IMG/VR virus record: IMGVR_UViG_3300010885_069896
Coordinates: 21,983-85,982 of that record
Length of the DNA stretch: 64,000 nucleotides
DNA from: a virus
Taxonomy: Duplodnaviria > Caudoviricetes
Reading direction: 5' to 3' (one strand)
In this document: positions 50,114 through 59,301 of the stretch, piece after piece
How the letters are laid out: each line of letters opens with the position of its first letter
Position numbering within the stretch: the first letter of the stretch is position 1
The notes under the pieces: generated by a model
Databases searched by the model: none
Told to the model about the DNA's origin: nothing
What the model saw: only the letters and a program-made list of their open reading frames with translations
Program-made: the position numbers and the translations under genes

Positions 50114-50728
50114 TTATAGCATCTTAATATGCTTGGTTTTGATACGAAGTGTTTTACCAAATTTATTTTTTAAATCTGGGTCTTGTTTTAGAAGATCGAC
50201 AGCGGTTACATTTCTAATGCTATCATCGCAAAAAAATGTAGTAGAAATACTAAATTCCATCATCTTGTGTTTAATCCAGTTAGATTTATCTAATGGATCA
50301 CTGCTATCTAAAGTTATTATATGGGATTGCGGAAAAATAACATTATTGTCTTGCAAAAATTTATTTATCCATATACCTGAATCGTTTCCTCTTGCAGTTA
50401 AAATGTATGTCGTATCTTTTGAAGATATATTCTTTATAGAACGAACAAAACTATCAAAAACTGGTTTGTTGATTTCTGCATCTTTTACAGATTTAAAAAG
50501 AGTATAATCGGCTATCTCATCTGGTGATTTTTGATATTCTGCGTATTCATGAGGATTTAAATGTTTTACTACACTGCCATCTTTGGTTTTAATTATTACT
50601 TTTTCTTTTGTAATGGCAAGAGTTGAATCAAAATCATAAACATTAAGCTTTGATTTTAATTTTACTTTCTCTAAAATAACTTCCTTAACCATTTTCTTTA
50701 ATAAAACCCTAATAATAGTTTGTTTCAT
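50114..50728 (-). CDS. HAD-superfamily phosphatase-like protein with an N-terminal helical leader
   Basis: Motif I VYDFDST, motif II ILTARG, motif IV FCDDSIRN; leader LLKKMVKEVILE. Confidence 0.75.
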   Translation of the reverse strand: MKQTIIRVLLKKMVKEVILEKVKLKSKLNVYDFDSTLAITKEKVIIKTKDGSVVKHLNPHEYAEYQKSPDEIADYTLFKSVKDAEINKPVFDSFVRSIKNISSKDTTYILTARGNDSGIWINKFLQDNNVIFPQSHIITLDSSDPLDKSNWIKHKMMEFSISTTFFCDDSIRNVTAVDLLKQDPDLKNKFGKTLRIKTKHIKML

Positions 50729-50822
50729 TGTACTTTATTAACAATATAACACTCTGATAAATATTTGTAAAACATTTATTTATCAGATAAAGTGTTAGGA
50801 AATTGATTCATATTTATACTAT

Positions 50823-52082
50823 ATGAGCAGTACATTTAATACCACCTTACATCCAACTCCATTTGGTTTTTTTGATCGTTATAGTCTTTATCAGCAAGAT
50901 GCCGATAACATGGTTACGTTCGTTTTGCGAATGTTAGGCGAGGATGTTTTAGGTGTTGAATTAACCAAATTAATGATTTGGTCATGCTTTGAAACAGCGA
51001 CTCGTGAATTCAATGGAATGATGATTGAATATCAAAATAAATCAAATCTATCATCCCTGCTTGGTATGCCAACCGGTAGTCTTAATCAGAATAATGAAAA
51101 TAACATAAATGTCACCGACATGTATGTTCAGCCAAACCTTGAGTTTCTCAAAACACTTTCAGCACCTTATGCAAGTGTTATTGGCTATGGTCAATCAGAG
51201 CAAACATATTCTGGCTATATCAATTTAACAAATGGTCAGCAGACATATGATATTTATTCTGAGTTGATTGATACAACAGGTGCGACGATATTTAGTAAGC
51301 AGCCTTCTGGCTCTGTTGGGAGTATGCAGGTGGTCGAAGTATTCCATGGCCCACCTGTACAATATGTATTTAACAGCAACCTTGCATCAAACTTCGTAGC
51401 TACAGGATTGCCAGTAGAATCATATATACCAGATACACGTTTCTATGTTCTGCCGCTATTTGAAGACATTCTGAGAGCCGGTATGTTGGAGTCAGCACAA
51501 AAGGTTCGTAGATCTCATTTTAGCTATAAAATTTCTGGTAGAACACTAAGAATTTATCCTACTCCGAACAATTTAGTTTCTGGATTTAGCAATAGACTGT
51601 GGTTACGTGTTACATTTGGAACATCCCCATTTCCAACTCTTGCCTCCACATTAGTAAGCAGTGGATCTTCTTATTCACCAGTAGGGGCTGGGTCTGGTGC
51701 TTCTTATCAGAATGATAAAATTTATGGGGTCAACGGCCCATTTAACGTTCCTTTTGGCCCACTAAATTATAATTCATTAAATATCTGGTGCAGAAATTGG
51801 ATCGCACAACTTACTCTAGCTTTATGTACGGAACTTCTTGGTAGAGTTCGTGGTAAATTTAAAAGCTTTCCAATTCCTGGCGCTGAACTTTCTTTGAATG
51901 GCGATGATCTTATATCACAAGGCCGTGAAGATAAAGAAAAATTAACAACAAGCCTGCGTGAATCATTAGATAATTTAACATTCGATAAAATTGCCGAAAG
52001 AGAAGCAAGCAAAGCTGAAAATACCGTAAAACAACTTCAGTTCATACCCGTCCCACCCAAGTATACCATTTTAATTGCTTGA
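50823..52082 (+). CDS. gp13: Neck/head-completion protein (T4 gp13-like)
   Basis: LRMLGEDVLGVELT N-terminus and LALCTELLGRVRGKF...PGAELSLNG..L..G.E C-terminus. Confidence 0.8.
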   Translation: MSSTFNTTLHPTPFGFFDRYSLYQQDADNMVTFVLRMLGEDVLGVELTKLMIWSCFETATREFNGMMIEYQNKSNLSSLLGMPTGSLNQNNENNINVTDMYVQPNLEFLKTLSAPYASVIGYGQSEQTYSGYINLTNGQQTYDIYSELIDTTGATIFSKQPSGSVGSMQVVEVFHGPPVQYVFNSNLASNFVATGLPVESYIPDTRFYVLPLFEDILRAGMLESAQKVRRSHFSYKISGRTLRIYPTPNNLVSGFSNRLWLRVTFGTSPFPTLASTLVSSGSSYSPVGAGSGASYQNDKIYGVNGPFNVPFGPLNYNSLNIWCRNWIAQLTLALCTELLGRVRGKFKSFPIPGAELSLNGDDLISQGREDKEKLTTSLRESLDNLTFDKIAEREASKAENTVKQLQFIPVPPKYTILIA

Positions 52083-52132
52083 CGAGACAAAACGTTATAT
52101 CTGTTGTATATCTAAAAAAACACAGGTATAAT

Positions 52133-53098
52133 ATGGAGTATCATTATCAAAATAATTTGTATAAGTCTGGTATTTATAAAATAACAAATAAATTAAATGG
52201 AAGAATCTATATTGGTTCATCTAAATTATTTAAATTGCGCTGGAAGCAACACTCAAAAGCACTTCGCAATAACAAACATAGCAACAAATTTCTTCAAAGA
52301 GATTTTAATAAATGCGGTGAAGAAGTTTTTGTGTTTGAAATTGTTGAAGGGACGGATGGAAAAACAAAAGAAGAGCGGTTATTGATTGAAGAAATCTACA
52401 TCAATCAATATTTTGACTCTGGAAAAGAGTGTTATAATTTTAACACTTGGGCAGTGGCAAAAGAAGGCCCATGGAGCAATGACCCAGAAGAAACGAAACG
52501 CAAGATATCTGCGTCTGCGAAAAAGATGTGGAGTAATCCAGAAAAGGCTAGCAGTATACGAGCATCTATAAAAGATGCATTGTCTGATCCAGAAACAGCA
52601 CAACGGAAACAGGAGGGTCATATGCGTTCATGGGAAAACAATAAAGAACGCCGTGATGCAGCTTCGCAGCGTATGTCAGAGCGTATGAGAAATGATACAC
52701 CAGAGACAGAAAAAATTATAGAAACTCTGAAATTATCACAGCCCAAAGGCAGAGATACATTTAGAAAACGAATAAAAGAAGATGCGGAGTTTCGCCAGAC
52801 ATATATTGATATCGGAACAAAGAAAACAGAAAATTTAAATGAAAGATATAAGAATGATGCGGAATATAAAGCGATGATGGATCAAAAATCCATAGATAGC
52901 ATCAAGGCATACAATGAGAAAAAGATACAAAATATGCCAGTAAAGGCTCCATTGATATCGCCGGATGGCAAAGTATATTCTGATATTCGTAGTTTAACTG
53001 CGTTTGCCAAAGAACATGGATTAGATTCAAGTAGTCTTTATAAGCTTTATTCTGGTAAATTGAATGAAGTAAAAGGTTGGAAATTTTTTGTACGTTAA
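52133..53098 (+). CDS. Free-standing GIY-YIG homing endonuclease
   Basis: SGIYKITNKLNGRIYIGSS..RW..H..EERLLIEE..CYN; start set at ATG 52133 after an AGGT RBS (the track uses an upstream TTG). Confidence 0.88.
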   Translation: MEYHYQNNLYKSGIYKITNKLNGRIYIGSSKLFKLRWKQHSKALRNNKHSNKFLQRDFNKCGEEVFVFEIVEGTDGKTKEERLLIEEIYINQYFDSGKECYNFNTWAVAKEGPWSNDPEETKRKISASAKKMWSNPEKASSIRASIKDALSDPETAQRKQEGHMRSWENNKERRDAASQRMSERMRNDTPETEKIIETLKLSQPKGRDTFRKRIKEDAEFRQTYIDIGTKKTENLNERYKNDAEYKAMMDQKSIDSIKAYNEKKIQNMPVKAPLISPDGKVYSDIRSLTAFAKEHGLDSSSLYKLYSGKLNEVKGWKFFVR

Positions 53099-53126
53099 TT
53101 ATGAAGGTCATATCCCAGAAAATCAA

Positions 53127-53993
53127 ATGATTAAAACTGGTTTGATTTATTCAATTAAAAATACTTTTAACGGTAAAATTTACATTGGCCAAACGGTTAG
53201 ATATGCTGCGAGAAAATATAGTCATTTGTTATGTTTGAGAAAAAATACACACTACAACAAGCATTTACAAAATGATTATAATAAGCACGGGGAAGACAAG
53301 TTTTTGTTTGCTATTGTGAAAAAAGAAATTCCAATTCATGAGTTGAATGACGAAGAGAATTATTTTATTGGGTTATCAAATTTTGGTGATAGAAGTAAAT
53401 GTTATAATTTATCTCGCTATGCTGAGATGAATAGGAATAATATTCGTGCTAAGCATTATGCATTTATTGATCCATGCGGTAATGTTTACTCTGGATTTAA
53501 TATTTGTGTCTTTGCCGCCCAGAAAAATTTAAATGAAAAATCTTTACAAGCGTTAGTTCGTGGAAAAATTAAATCTTATTTTAAATGGCGTTCAGTTAAT
53601 TCTTTGCCGAGGAAAACAAAACTAAAAGTGGCAAAAGAAAACAAGATTTTGGTTGATTCAGATGATAGAGTACACACGGTAGAAACAACTCTAATAGAGT
53701 TTGCAAATAATTTTAATTTATCTGCTCGACAATTATCATACTTGGTCAATGAAAAAATTAAATCTTATAAAGGTTGGCGGCTTCAGAAATTAAAAAATCA
53801 TATTGCTCCTACAGTAAAATATAGAAATGGAGATATGTTTGTGAAAAATTTAAAAACCAATGAGATTTTTGGCCCAATTAAAAATCCAAAAGAATTCTGT
53901 GCAGCAAAAGGAATATATTCCTTATCTTCATTTTATAAAATGCTTAATGGAAAAAGAAAATCATGTGAAGGTTATGTAAAATTTGTAAAGTAA
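53127..53993 (+). CDS. Free-standing GIY-YIG homing endonuclease
   Basis: GLIYSIKN..KIYIGQT..RK..H..EENYFI..CYN plus three repeated DNA-binding modules; start uncertain (53088 TTG or 53127 ATG). Confidence 0.82.
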   Translation: MIKTGLIYSIKNTFNGKIYIGQTVRYAARKYSHLLCLRKNTHYNKHLQNDYNKHGEDKFLFAIVKKEIPIHELNDEENYFIGLSNFGDRSKCYNLSRYAEMNRNNIRAKHYAFIDPCGNVYSGFNICVFAAQKNLNEKSLQALVRGKIKSYFKWRSVNSLPRKTKLKVAKENKILVDSDDRVHTVETTLIEFANNFNLSARQLSYLVNEKIKSYKGWRLQKLKNHIAPTVKYRNGDMFVKNLKTNEIFGPIKNPKEFCAAKGIYSLSSFYKMLNGKRKSCEGYVKFVK

Positions 53994-54081
53994 TAGAGTG
54001 CGTACAGATACATGTGCATTGTGATAAAATCTTTATATATCTCGTAGCTAATTAATAATATAGAAAGATAGGGCTAGCTAT

Positions 54082-54798
54082 ATAGCAAGATTATTTATTG
54101 GGCAGCGTGAGATACATTTTATAAATGACCTGACTAAAGAGTACATAAAAGATGTAGTTGGTCAAGTTATACATTATTTTCCAATATCTTCTATAAAGAG
54201 CGATGTTCACGGTGTTTATAATGAATCCGTGAAAAAGATATTTGAGAATCCCATTAAAATACCAGCTTTAGTTGGTCAGCCGGAATGGTCTAGTAAAACA
54301 ACATCATTTGGTCCAGATTTGGAAGCTAAATTAGAGGTAAGCATTCAGTACAAAGATCTTATGGATAAGAAGCTTATTTTATCTGAGGGTGATCTATTTT
54401 CTTTTGATGATGTGCTATATGAAATATTGACTTTCTACAATGTCAATAATATCTTTGGTTTGGCAGAATATAACAATTCATGGAAAATTACTGCAAGATC
54501 TGCAAGGTTGGGTCAACTTGATCCAAATAGCCTTCCATTGCCACGACTGGCTCCTGATGATGTGCAGAAGGTTTTTGAGCAGCAGAGGGGTCTGCCAATT
54601 ACAAGTACGGGCGAAATCACTAGCGATATTCGTGAAATGCGTGAACGCTTGAATCATGTTATGGCACCTATTGCTTTGGGTACTGGTGCTAAAAAAGTGG
54701 AAAAAAATGATGAAAATGGAGACTTTATAGAAGGTGATAAAGCCACATCATTCAATAATGATCCGCTGCCTCCCAAAAAAGGTATATACGATGAGTGA
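54082..54798 (+). CDS. gp14: Neck protein (T4 gp14-like), probable ATA start
   Basis: The frame is open upstream of track start 54229 to TAG at 54061 and reads (I/M)ARLFIGQREIHFINDLTKEYIKDVVGQVIHYF...GVYNES; position between gp13-like and gp15-like genes. Confidence 0.7.
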   Translation: MARLFIGQREIHFINDLTKEYIKDVVGQVIHYFPISSIKSDVHGVYNESVKKIFENPIKIPALVGQPEWSSKTTSFGPDLEAKLEVSIQYKDLMDKKLILSEGDLFSFDDVLYEILTFYNVNNIFGLAEYNNSWKITARSARLGQLDPNSLPLPRLAPDDVQKVFEQQRGLPITSTGEITSDIREMRERLNHVMAPIALGTGAKKVEKNDENGDFIEGDKATSFNNDPLPPKKGIYDE

Positions 54799-54816
54799 AA
54801 GCTCTACTTATAGATT

Positions 54817-56028
54817 ATGACCACAAGACAAAACGTACCATTTATTGAAGGCAAAGATCAGTTACCAACAGGGTATGATACTCAGGGAAATGATGCATCT
54901 ACTTTTTCTATTCCGGCATGTGGATTAGAAGATGTTGATACCGCTGTTCATTCTTTATTTGATACTGATATAAAGTTTAGATCTTATCAAGCCAACGTTG
55001 GTTCGCAAAAAGAAATAAATTTAAAGAAGCCATTTGTTATATTTGCTACCGGTGAAAGATTCGCTTTAGCAAAGCGTTTAAAGCCTTACAGAGACAGGAA
55101 TGGATTGTTACTGCTTCCAGCTATTTCGATCCGCAGAACAGGCTTAGAACAGCAGCATGGGGATACTTTTTTCGGTGAGCTTACAATAAAACGAAGACTA
55201 GATCCAGCGGACAAAGATTATCAATCATTGATTAATCGTTATTTGTTAAAAAACGTACCAAATCCTCCAACAACTTTTCGTGATAATAGAGGTGTGGACG
55301 TTGATTCGACTTCTATACAAGAAGGCATGTTACTGGATGTTGGTAATAAAGATTTCAAAAGTAATCACATATATGAAATCGTAGCAATGCCCTTCCCGCA
55401 GTTTTTTACGGCCACATATGAGATTGTATTTTGGACGACTTATACCACTCACATGAACTACTTGATTGAAACATTTATGGCCAGTCAGATAACTCCAGGA
55501 AAAGGATTTTATTTAAAAACTGATAAAGGCTATTGGTTTAATGCAAATGTTGAAACCACAATAAGTCCACAAGATAATTTTGAAGACATTACAGATAGCG
55601 AGAGAATAATAAAATATAGCGTTACACTTTCTGTTAGAGGTTTTCTTTTAGCGCCACAGGGAGCCGGACAGCGTGTTCCGTTTAAGCGTTATCTATCTGC
55701 CGTGAATGTTTCATTTGAAACAGTTACCGCCGAAGGGGATGTGGCAGAGCAGAGAAATATTGATAATTTCAACGAATCAAAAGAAGACCTCACAAAAGAT
55801 AATAGCTTTATTTTAACAGATCTCGAACAAGATCCTGAAACAAAGCAAAAACCAACTTCCCAAGAGCAAATTTTATTCCGTAGAGAATATGTTGACCACA
55901 ATGGAAACAAACGTGTTAAATATGTAAAGCAGATGGCGAACAATCAAAAAAAAGGCGAAACAGTTTATTCTGCTTCTGATCAAGAGACATTGATGCAGTT
56001 TTTTATCGACAAAAACAAAACCTTTTAA
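54817..56028 (+). CDS. gp15: Tail completion/terminator protein (T4 gp15-like)
   Basis: DVDTAV..F...PFVIFATGER...LPAISIRR pattern; located between neck and sheath genes. Confidence 0.65.
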   Translation: MTTRQNVPFIEGKDQLPTGYDTQGNDASTFSIPACGLEDVDTAVHSLFDTDIKFRSYQANVGSQKEINLKKPFVIFATGERFALAKRLKPYRDRNGLLLLPAISIRRTGLEQQHGDTFFGELTIKRRLDPADKDYQSLINRYLLKNVPNPPTTFRDNRGVDVDSTSIQEGMLLDVGNKDFKSNHIYEIVAMPFPQFFTATYEIVFWTTYTTHMNYLIETFMASQITPGKGFYLKTDKGYWFNANVETTISPQDNFEDITDSERIIKYSVTLSVRGFLLAPQGAGQRVPFKRYLSAVNVSFETVTAEGDVAEQRNIDNFNESKEDLTKDNSFILTDLEQDPETKQKPTSQEQILFRREYVDHNGNKRVKYVKQMANNQKKGETVYSASDQETLMQFFIDKNKTF

Positions 56029-56124
56029 TATATCCTACATAGTTTTCTGGTGAGGTTGAAGGCAATACGATTTTTAAACTCTATTTATGCCCTAGAAACT
56101 TTATTCCAAAAGTGAGGAAATAAT

Positions 56125-59100
56125 ATGCCAGAAACAGTATTAAAAGCCCCAAATTATTTTGATCGTGAAATCGATCTAACCGAAAGAGTTACACCCGTTG
56201 GTGGTGTTCCCGCTACAGTGATAGGTGCTGCAAAAAAAGGGCCAGCATTTACACCAGTTAGCATTGGAAGTTATACAGACTTTGAATCAAAATTTGGATC
56301 AGTTGATCCAAAGTTCGTTGGAGGGTATGGTGCACAGAAATTTCTTGAAGCTAAAGGCTCTGAATTAGCATCAGTAAATTATATTCGTGTTCTTGGCTGT
56401 GGTGCAAACTTAGATGCTGTTGATATTTCGGCTACCGAAGTAAGCGGGACAGTTGTAAATGCAGGTATGAAAGTTGTTGGGGAAGGCACAGCACCTGTTT
56501 CTGGCGCTTTTCAAGGCGTTGTCCAATTTTTGGTAGGTAAACATTATCTACCAACCAATGAAGCATTTGGCTATCCATTGTTTACCGACAACCCACAAAG
56601 CTATCCACTTCAAAGTTCGGATCAGGTAAATCTTGTACGTGCAGTGCTTTTCACAACACCAGACTCAAGATTTATTGTATTGAGCGGCTCCACGGATGCA
56701 ACCGGCGTTTATAATCAACAGACTTTAGCAGCAGGGACAAATAACTATGAAGCAGCTCAAGTCGGCACAGAAGGAATTATGGCTGGGCAGTTTAAACTTG
56801 TCCTTTCTTGTTCCTCTGGCTCATTTGCCGTCGATGATGGCAAAGCAGGTATAAAAGTATTTTCTGCATCACTAGACCCTTCTTCAAACCAATACATTGG
56901 TAAAATACTTAACACAAATCCAGAAAATTTCGAAGAGAAGAAACACTTACTCTATTTACAGTATCCAGTAGACACTGAAATCGCCGTGCTTTCAGCAAGT
57001 AATGCAGTTCCTACTGTAGCTGTTCTTTCAGGCTCCAATAGCACAAACTCTTTAGGTTTGAGCTTTAAAGATGTTTTTGGTTTTTATAACACACGCTACA
57101 AATCACCAAAAACACCATACTTCATTTCACAACCATTTGCTGGTGTTGAATATGATCTATTTTACGCTGAGTCTCTTGATGATGGTGAGTATGCTTCAAC
57201 GAAATATAAAATCAGCATTACATCATTGCAAGCTTCAACCAATCCAAACACTGACCTTGGTTCATTCTCTTTGCAAGTAAGAGCATTTGATGATACTGAC
57301 GCAGAGCCACAAGTTCTAGAGCTATTTAACAATCTTTCACTTGATCCAGATAGTGAAAATTATGTTATTAAAATGATTGGTGATAAAAAATCACAATTTA
57401 ATTTTGATGCAATCGAATCTGCTGATCGTAGCCTAACAATTACCGGAAAATATGGTAATCGCTCCAAGTTCATTCGTGTTATTCCAAGCGCACAACTAAA
57501 TGCCGGTGAAGTGCCAGCCAAAGCACTACCGTTTGGTTTCCGTGGACATCAAATGCTTTTGACCAACCCTGCTTTGAATGACCAGCTTGGTCTTCTTTCG
57601 AACCGCATCACTGGCGTTTCCTCAAGCACAAGCCCAAATGGTGCATTGTTATCAGGGTCAATCGTTCCACCGGTTCCATTCAGATTTACTGTAACCAGAA
57701 ACCCACTGACTGCTTCCGGTACACCTGGAACACCTGGAACCCAAACATTCACAGACGGCAGACTTTATTGGGGTGTCAAATTTGAACGAAACAATAACGA
57801 TGCACTAAATGTTAATGCAAACATTGAAGTAAACCCAATTATTGAAAACTTCGCTAAATTTACAGGTATTGAAAAACTCGGAGTACTCACCACTGGTTCA
57901 CAGTCCGATTTGTTAAATAACAACAAATTTACTCTGGCCCGTGTCGCTCTAGCAAACACAATCATCACCGAGCTAACAACATCAGTTGGTGTTTATATGA
58001 AAGAAGCTGCTTACCTACGTGATGCTGCGATAAAAACAACTACATACAACACTGTGGTAGGTGACAGAGTCACATTTGCTTCTCTACTCAACTCTGGCAG
58101 TGCTGTTATATTTAATAACTTCTCATCTTTTGCCAAATTCACAACATTCATGCAAGGCGGCTGGGATGGTGTAAATATCTTTGACAAACAAGCAGCACGT
58201 TTCACTGATCGTTCTACCTCAACAGATCAGGGGTCAAGTGGTAAAGGTCTTGCTAATTCTGCATACCAATCACCAGGGGCACCCGCTGGCGTAAATTATA
58301 CAGGCGCAGGAGTAACAAACTCTAACGTTATTGCTTATCGTACCGCAGTTGACATTGCAACTAATACATCCATTGCCAATAACAACATTCTCGCATTGCC
58401 CGGTCAACGTGATCCGCTTATAACGAATTATGCATTAGAAAAAAATACAGAATATGCATTGTCATTTTATCTAATGGATATTCAATCCTACGATAAAGAC
58501 GGCGTAACAAATGGTCGTATTTTTGATGGCGATACAAATAAATTCGTATCAATTGCACAAACAACAAACGCATTTGTTACACGTCAAGTTGACAACAACG
58601 CAGCAGCAGCCTACTTTCCAAACGTCATCATTGATGATACTGTAAATAGTCGCAAGGTAACATTACCAGCATCAGTAGCTGCACTTTCAGCTTTGAGCTA
58701 CAATGATAGAGTTAAATTCCCATGGTTTGCTCCAGCAGGTTTTGATCGTGGCTCTTTGAGCTTCGTTCTATTAACCAGTATTCGTGTAAACCAAAACGAT
58801 CGCAATGCTCTATATGATGCCAACATTAACCCAATCGTCAAATTTCCTGGCGAAAACTATGTATTCTTCTCACAGAATACACTACAGCAAGCATCAACCG
58901 CCCTTGAGTCAATTAACGTCAAGAGAATGGTTCTTGAAATCAAACGTCAGATTGTTGCAATAGGTAACCGTATCCTATTCGAACAAAACACACCAGCCTT
59001 ACGTCAACGCTTTATTAATGAATCAAGCTTGGTTCTGTCAAACGTCCAAGTAAGACAAGGTATTGAAAAATTTGCCGTAATCTGTGATGATAGAAACAAT

Positions 59101-59217
59101 AGCTCTGAAGATGTAAATTCAAACCGTATGAATGCACAAATTAGAGTTATCCCAACCAGAGCCATCGAATACATTGTGATGGATTTCGTTGTGTTACCAT
59201 CGGGTGTTTCGATCTAA
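56125..59217 (+). CDS. gp18: Tail sheath protein 1 (gp18-like)
   Basis: N-terminal EIDLT...IGAAKKGPAFTP; C-terminal WFAPAGFDRG...LYDANINPI...INVKRMVL...CDDRNNS...PTRAIEYIVMDF. Confidence 0.92.
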   Translation: MPETVLKAPNYFDREIDLTERVTPVGGVPATVIGAAKKGPAFTPVSIGSYTDFESKFGSVDPKFVGGYGAQKFLEAKGSELASVNYIRVLGCGANLDAVDISATEVSGTVVNAGMKVVGEGTAPVSGAFQGVVQFLVGKHYLPTNEAFGYPLFTDNPQSYPLQSSDQVNLVRAVLFTTPDSRFIVLSGSTDATGVYNQQTLAAGTNNYEAAQVGTEGIMAGQFKLVLSCSSGSFAVDDGKAGIKVFSASLDPSSNQYIGKILNTNPENFEEKKHLLYLQYPVDTEIAVLSASNAVPTVAVLSGSNSTNSLGLSFKDVFGFYNTRYKSPKTPYFISQPFAGVEYDLFYAESLDDGEYASTKYKISITSLQASTNPNTDLGSFSLQVRAFDDTDAEPQVLELFNNLSLDPDSENYVIKMIGDKKSQFNFDAIESADRSLTITGKYGNRSKFIRVIPSAQLNAGEVPAKALPFGFRGHQMLLTNPALNDQLGLLSNRITGVSSSTSPNGALLSGSIVPPVPFRFTVTRNPLTASGTPGTPGTQTFTDGRLYWGVKFERNNNDALNVNANIEVNPIIENFAKFTGIEKLGVLTTGSQSDLLNNNKFTLARVALANTIITELTTSVGVYMKEAAYLRDAAIKTTTYNTVVGDRVTFASLLNSGSAVIFNNFSSFAKFTTFMQGGWDGVNIFDKQAARFTDRSTSTDQGSSGKGLANSAYQSPGAPAGVNYTGAGVTNSNVIAYRTAVDIATNTSIANNNILALPGQRDPLITNYALEKNTEYALSFYLMDIQSYDKDGVTNGRIFDGDTNKFVSIAQTTNAFVTRQVDNNAAAAYFPNVIIDDTVNSRKVTLPASVAALSALSYNDRVKFPWFAPAGFDRGSLSFVLLTSIRVNQNDRNALYDANINPIVKFPGENYVFFSQNTLQQASTALESINVKRMVLEIKRQIVAIGNRILFEQNTPALRQRFINESSLVLSNVQVRQGIEKFAVICDDRNNSSEDVNSNRMNAQIRVIPTRAIEYIVMDFVVLPSGVSI

Positions 59218-59261
59218 CACAAAGAAATAAGCTCAAAAATTAATTTTAGCTTAACAATATG

Positions 59262-59298
59262 ACTATATCCTCTATATTAAAACCATAGAGGATATAGT
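59262..59298 (+). promoter_or_regulatory. 14-bp hairpin sequestering the RBS of the downstream GIY-YIG gene
   Basis: ACTATATCCTCTAT-(9 nt)-ATAGAGGATATAGT is a perfect inverted repeat; AGAGGA at 59287-59292 lies in the 3' arm; ATG at 59302. Confidence 0.75.
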
Positions 59299-59301
59299 TT
59301 T

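Noticed and set aside
52083-54081. Group I introns around the GIY-YIG genes
   Set aside because: The flanking genes (gp13-like, gp14-like, protease, sheaths) appear complete and I saw no intron core structure, so the endonucleases are treated as free-standing.
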